Shown here: positions 59,794 to 64,000 of the stretch, in pieces
Position numbering within the stretch: the first letter of the stretch is position 1
How the letters are laid out: every line of letters begins with the position of its first letter
From: Candidatus Dormiibacterota bacterium
Lineage (GTDB): Bacteria; Chloroflexota; Dormibacteria; Aeolococcales; Aeolococcaceae
Direction of reading: 5' to 3'
NCBI GenBank assembly: GCA_963718525.1
Contig: OY970355.1
Span: 992,001-1,056,000, forward strand
DNA length: 64,000 nucleotides
The notes under the pieces: model-generated
What the model saw: only the letters and a program-made list of their open reading frames with translations
What the model was told of the DNA's origin: nothing
Databases searched by the model: none
Position numbers and translations under genes: made by a program

Positions 59794-61452
59794 TCAGGAA
59801 ACGGTGAGGCGGTGCTCGCGCGTCAGCCGGCGGATCGTGCAGACGTCGCCTTCGCACGTTGAGGCGATCACGTCCACGGTGAGCATGCCGCTCCCGGGCT
59901 TCCCCAGGTGAACGTCGACGCTGACCGGAAGAGCATCCAGGGCCCACGATCGCGGGCCTGTCCCGAGCAGCGTCTGGGGGTCGGCGCTCAAGGTGAGGTG
60001 GACCGGCGTTCCCTGCTGCAGGTCGAGCTCTGAGCCCGCGAGGTCGACGTCCGCCGCCACGACGAGCGCGGTACCGGACAATCCTTCCAGCGCTGGTCCT
60101 TGGGCCTGATCCGGAGCACGGGCGTCCCGAATCGCGATCTCGGCGACGGCACCGGTCTCAGCATCGACGGTGATCACGCGATGGTGGTTGGTGTCGGCCA
60201 TCACGAGCCGGCCGTCAGCGAGGCCGTCAAGGCCGCCGGGCTCGTCCACCGCCTCACTCAGGGGCAGAGTCCGGAGTGCGCCGCTCGACCAGATCCGGAG
60301 CAGCGAGTTGAAGGTGTCCGCCACCGCGATCCGTCCGCCTGCGAGCGCCGCCACCCCGAGTGGATGCTGCAACCGTGCCGTGCTTCGATCGCCGTCCTCG
60401 GCTCCCCAGTCGAAGAGACCGGTGCCAACCAGTGTCTCGACCCGGCCGTCGCGGATGAGGCGAAGCGCCGACACTTCGGAGTCGGCAAACGCGATGGCGC
60501 CATCGTCGAGCAAGGTCAGGCCACTCGGCTGGGCCAGGTGAGCCTGCAGCGCAGGTCCATCCCGAAGTCCCTCGGCCCGGCTTCCAGCGACCGTCTCAGG
60601 TGCTCCGCCCTCGCTCGGGACCGCGATGATGCGATGGAGGCCGGCCTCGGCCACGGCGATCCTTCCATCCCCCAGGGCGAGCACGTCCCACGGGGAGCGG
60701 AGCCCGGACGCCAGGGTGCGGCGTTCGCCGTCGGGCATGGAGACGGCCACGAGGTCCCCGGCGGCCGTGTCGCACACCAGCAGGCGTTCACCGTCGAATC
60801 GGACCCCCTGCGGCTGGTGGAAGCCGCCGAACTGTTGGCGCACGGTGCCGTCGAGAGCGCAGACGAGGACTCGATCGTTGCCGGTGTCGGCGATCGCGAG
60901 ACTGCCGGAGCCGTCTGAGGCCACCTTGCCGGGGAACGAGAGGGTGGTCCGATCTCGCAACGCAACCGGCGTGAACGCAGGTCCCGCTGCGAGATCGTCG
61001 CGGCTATCGAGCAGCTGGGCGACGACGCGTTCGAGCGCCGGCCCATGGCCCTCGCCTGAGGCCATGGCGACCACGTACCCGTCGGGGTCGATCACGACCA
61101 GGGTCGGCCACGCGCGAACCCCATACTGCTGCCAGGTCTCCAGGTCGGGATCGTCCAGCACCGGATGCGGGATGCGATGCCGGGCGACCGCTCGTGCGAC
61201 CGCGGCATGGTCGGCCTCGTGCGGAAACTTCGGAGAGTGCACCCCGATCACCACGAGACTGCTCCCGAAGCGCTGCTCGAGCGGCCGAAGCTCCTCGATC
61301 ACGCGAAGGCAGTTGATGCAGCAGAACGTCCAGAAGTCGAGCACGACGACACGTCCGCGGAGGTCACGCAGAGCAAGTGGATGCTCCGTGTTGATCCACC
61401 CGCCGGCGCCTCGGAGCTCGGGTGCACGAACCCGTCCGACTGTGGTGGTCAT
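59794..61452 (-). CDS. thioredoxin-like + NHL repeat protein
   Basis: DFWTFCCINC, GVHSPKF, NHL repeats (IADTGN, LQHPLG). Confidence 0.88.
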   Translation of the reverse strand: MTTTVGRVRAPELRGAGGWINTEHPLALRDLRGRVVVLDFWTFCCINCLRVIEELRPLEQRFGSSLVVIGVHSPKFPHEADHAAVARAVARHRIPHPVLDDPDLETWQQYGVRAWPTLVVIDPDGYVVAMASGEGHGPALERVVAQLLDSRDDLAAGPAFTPVALRDRTTLSFPGKVASDGSGSLAIADTGNDRVLVCALDGTVRQQFGGFHQPQGVRFDGERLLVCDTAAGDLVAVSMPDGERRTLASGLRSPWDVLALGDGRIAVAEAGLHRIIAVPSEGGAPETVAGSRAEGLRDGPALQAHLAQPSGLTLLDDGAIAFADSEVSALRLIRDGRVETLVGTGLFDWGAEDGDRSTARLQHPLGVAALAGGRIAVADTFNSLLRIWSSGALRTLPLSEAVDEPGGLDGLADGRLVMADTNHHRVITVDAETGAVAEIAIRDARAPDQAQGPALEGLSGTALVVAADVDLAGSELDLQQGTPVHLTLSADPQTLLGTGPRSWALDALPVSVDVHLGKPGSGMLTVDVIASTCEGDVCTIRRLTREHRLTVS

Positions 61453-61625
61453 CTCGCGTCCATCATCTCGCGGCGCGGTGTCGAAGGGCCACCGCTGGAG
61501 GCGGGTATCTTGAGAGCCTTGATATAATGCATGCAGAGGTAGGTTGGTGCACCGGCCAATGGCGCTGGGGAGGTGCTGACGGTCGTCGACACTTTATTTG
61601 AAACTCTCCCTATCCCTTCCTGACC

Positions 61626-61653
61626 GGCAGGGGGTGGCCCTCCGCCCCCTGCC
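61626..61653. terminator. GC-rich hairpin downstream of purA
   Basis: GGCAGGGGGTGG-CCCT-CCGCCCCCTGCC. Confidence 0.6.
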
Positions 61654-61687
61654 ACTACTCCTGACAGCGAAGCAGGCTGGCGGGCTG

Positions 61688-63272
<1,585 letters not shown>

Positions 63273-63338
63273 CCTCAGCCGGCCCGGCCGCGGTCTCCGG
63301 GGTTGATGCTGCCGTGCCATCGCTACGATGTCCCGGCA

Positions 63339-63815
63339 ATGCCAACGTCGGATCCGGGGACGGCCGACTGCATCTTCTGTGCCATCGTCCGCGGCGAGGC
63401 GCCCGCGACCTTTGTTCATGAGGACGATCTGGTCGTGGCGTTCATGGACATCCGGCCGGTGCAGCCCGGGCACCTGCTGGTCGTTCCGAGAGCGCACGCA
63501 GCGCTGCTCCCTGAGCTCGACAATCGCGTGCTCGAACGGCTCTGGTCGGTCGCGATCGCTCTCGACGCCGCGCTGAGAAAGAGCGCTCTCCCCGTTGAAG
63601 CGGTGAGCGTCTACGTCGCGGACGGGGAGGCGGCTGGTCAGGAGGTGGCACACGTCCACATCCATCTCATCCCGAGGCGCGCTCACGATGGATTTGGATT
63701 TCGTTTCCCGCCTGGCTATGGCAGGCAGCCGGAGCGCGCCGAGCTCGAGACGATCGCCGAGCGAATCAGACCCCTGGTCGCGGTGCTGAAGATCCTGGAA
63801 CTCAGTGGCGACTGA
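63339..63815 (+). CDS. HIT family protein
   Basis: CIFC, PGHLLVVP, HVHIHLIPR. Confidence 0.92.
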   Translation: MPTSDPGTADCIFCAIVRGEAPATFVHEDDLVVAFMDIRPVQPGHLLVVPRAHAALLPELDNRVLERLWSVAIALDAALRKSALPVEAVSVYVADGEAAGQEVAHVHIHLIPRRAHDGFGFRFPPGYGRQPERAELETIAERIRPLVAVLKILELSGD

Positions 63816-64000
63816 GGCGCTCGGCGCCCGCCTGCATCGCTATCGCGCCGCACCGTGGTGGCCCACGGCGACAGTGCTCGTCATCGGTGAGCTGGGGCTG
63901 GGCGCGGCGCTGCTGATTCCGATCACCTTCAGCGACCCGAACGGCGTCGACCCATACCTCGCCCGCCTGAGCGTCGCGTCGGTGCTCATCACGCTGCCGT
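63805..64000 (+). CDS. membrane protein, N-terminal part (truncated by window end)
   Basis: GTG overlapping the HIT end; open to the edge with hydrophobic segments. Confidence 0.5.
   Translation, partial: MATEALGARLHRYRAAPWWPTATVLVIGELGLGAALLIPITFSDPNGVDPYLARLSVASVLITLP

Overview
High-GC bacterial chromosome segment (lineage not determinable here; gene style is compatible with Actinomycetota/Chloroflexota/Dormibacterota soil bacteria). Core genes at both ends (fabI-fabF ... carboxyltransferase at 1-9.5 kb; PHP, OmpR/HK pair, ccdA, DnaJ-class chaperone, purA, HIT at 53.4-64 kb) flank a ~44 kb defence hotspot made of two adjacent integrated elements. Element 1 (9809-33692, ~23.9 kb) uses a phiRv1-like large serine integrase and sits inside the HNH motif of an SOS-box-controlled DUF222/HNH gene: a 9-bp GACCAGGTT repeat marks both ends and the gene's missing C-terminus lies at 9707-9808. 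It carries a prim-pol/ATPase replicon, a SNF2/DUF1156/DUF499 restriction-like system, a TIGR04255/HTH/toxin-like trio, and an internal second attP-like site that brackets a single nuclease gene like a cassette. Element 2 (35086-53396, ~18.3 kb) is a tyrosine-integrase, satellite-like island in tRNA-Lys. It carries a DISARM class II-like operon with a Dcm-Vsr fusion, plus HNH and GHKL-REase genes. Between the two elements is a run of linked hairpins that may be a structured ncRNA. All five apparent gene lesions (three frameshifts, one amber, one damaged tRNA arm) can be repaired by restoring a GACTC/GAGTC pentamer, suggesting methylation-driven sequencing errors rather than real pseudogenes. 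All family assignments come from motif recognition by eye, not database searches.
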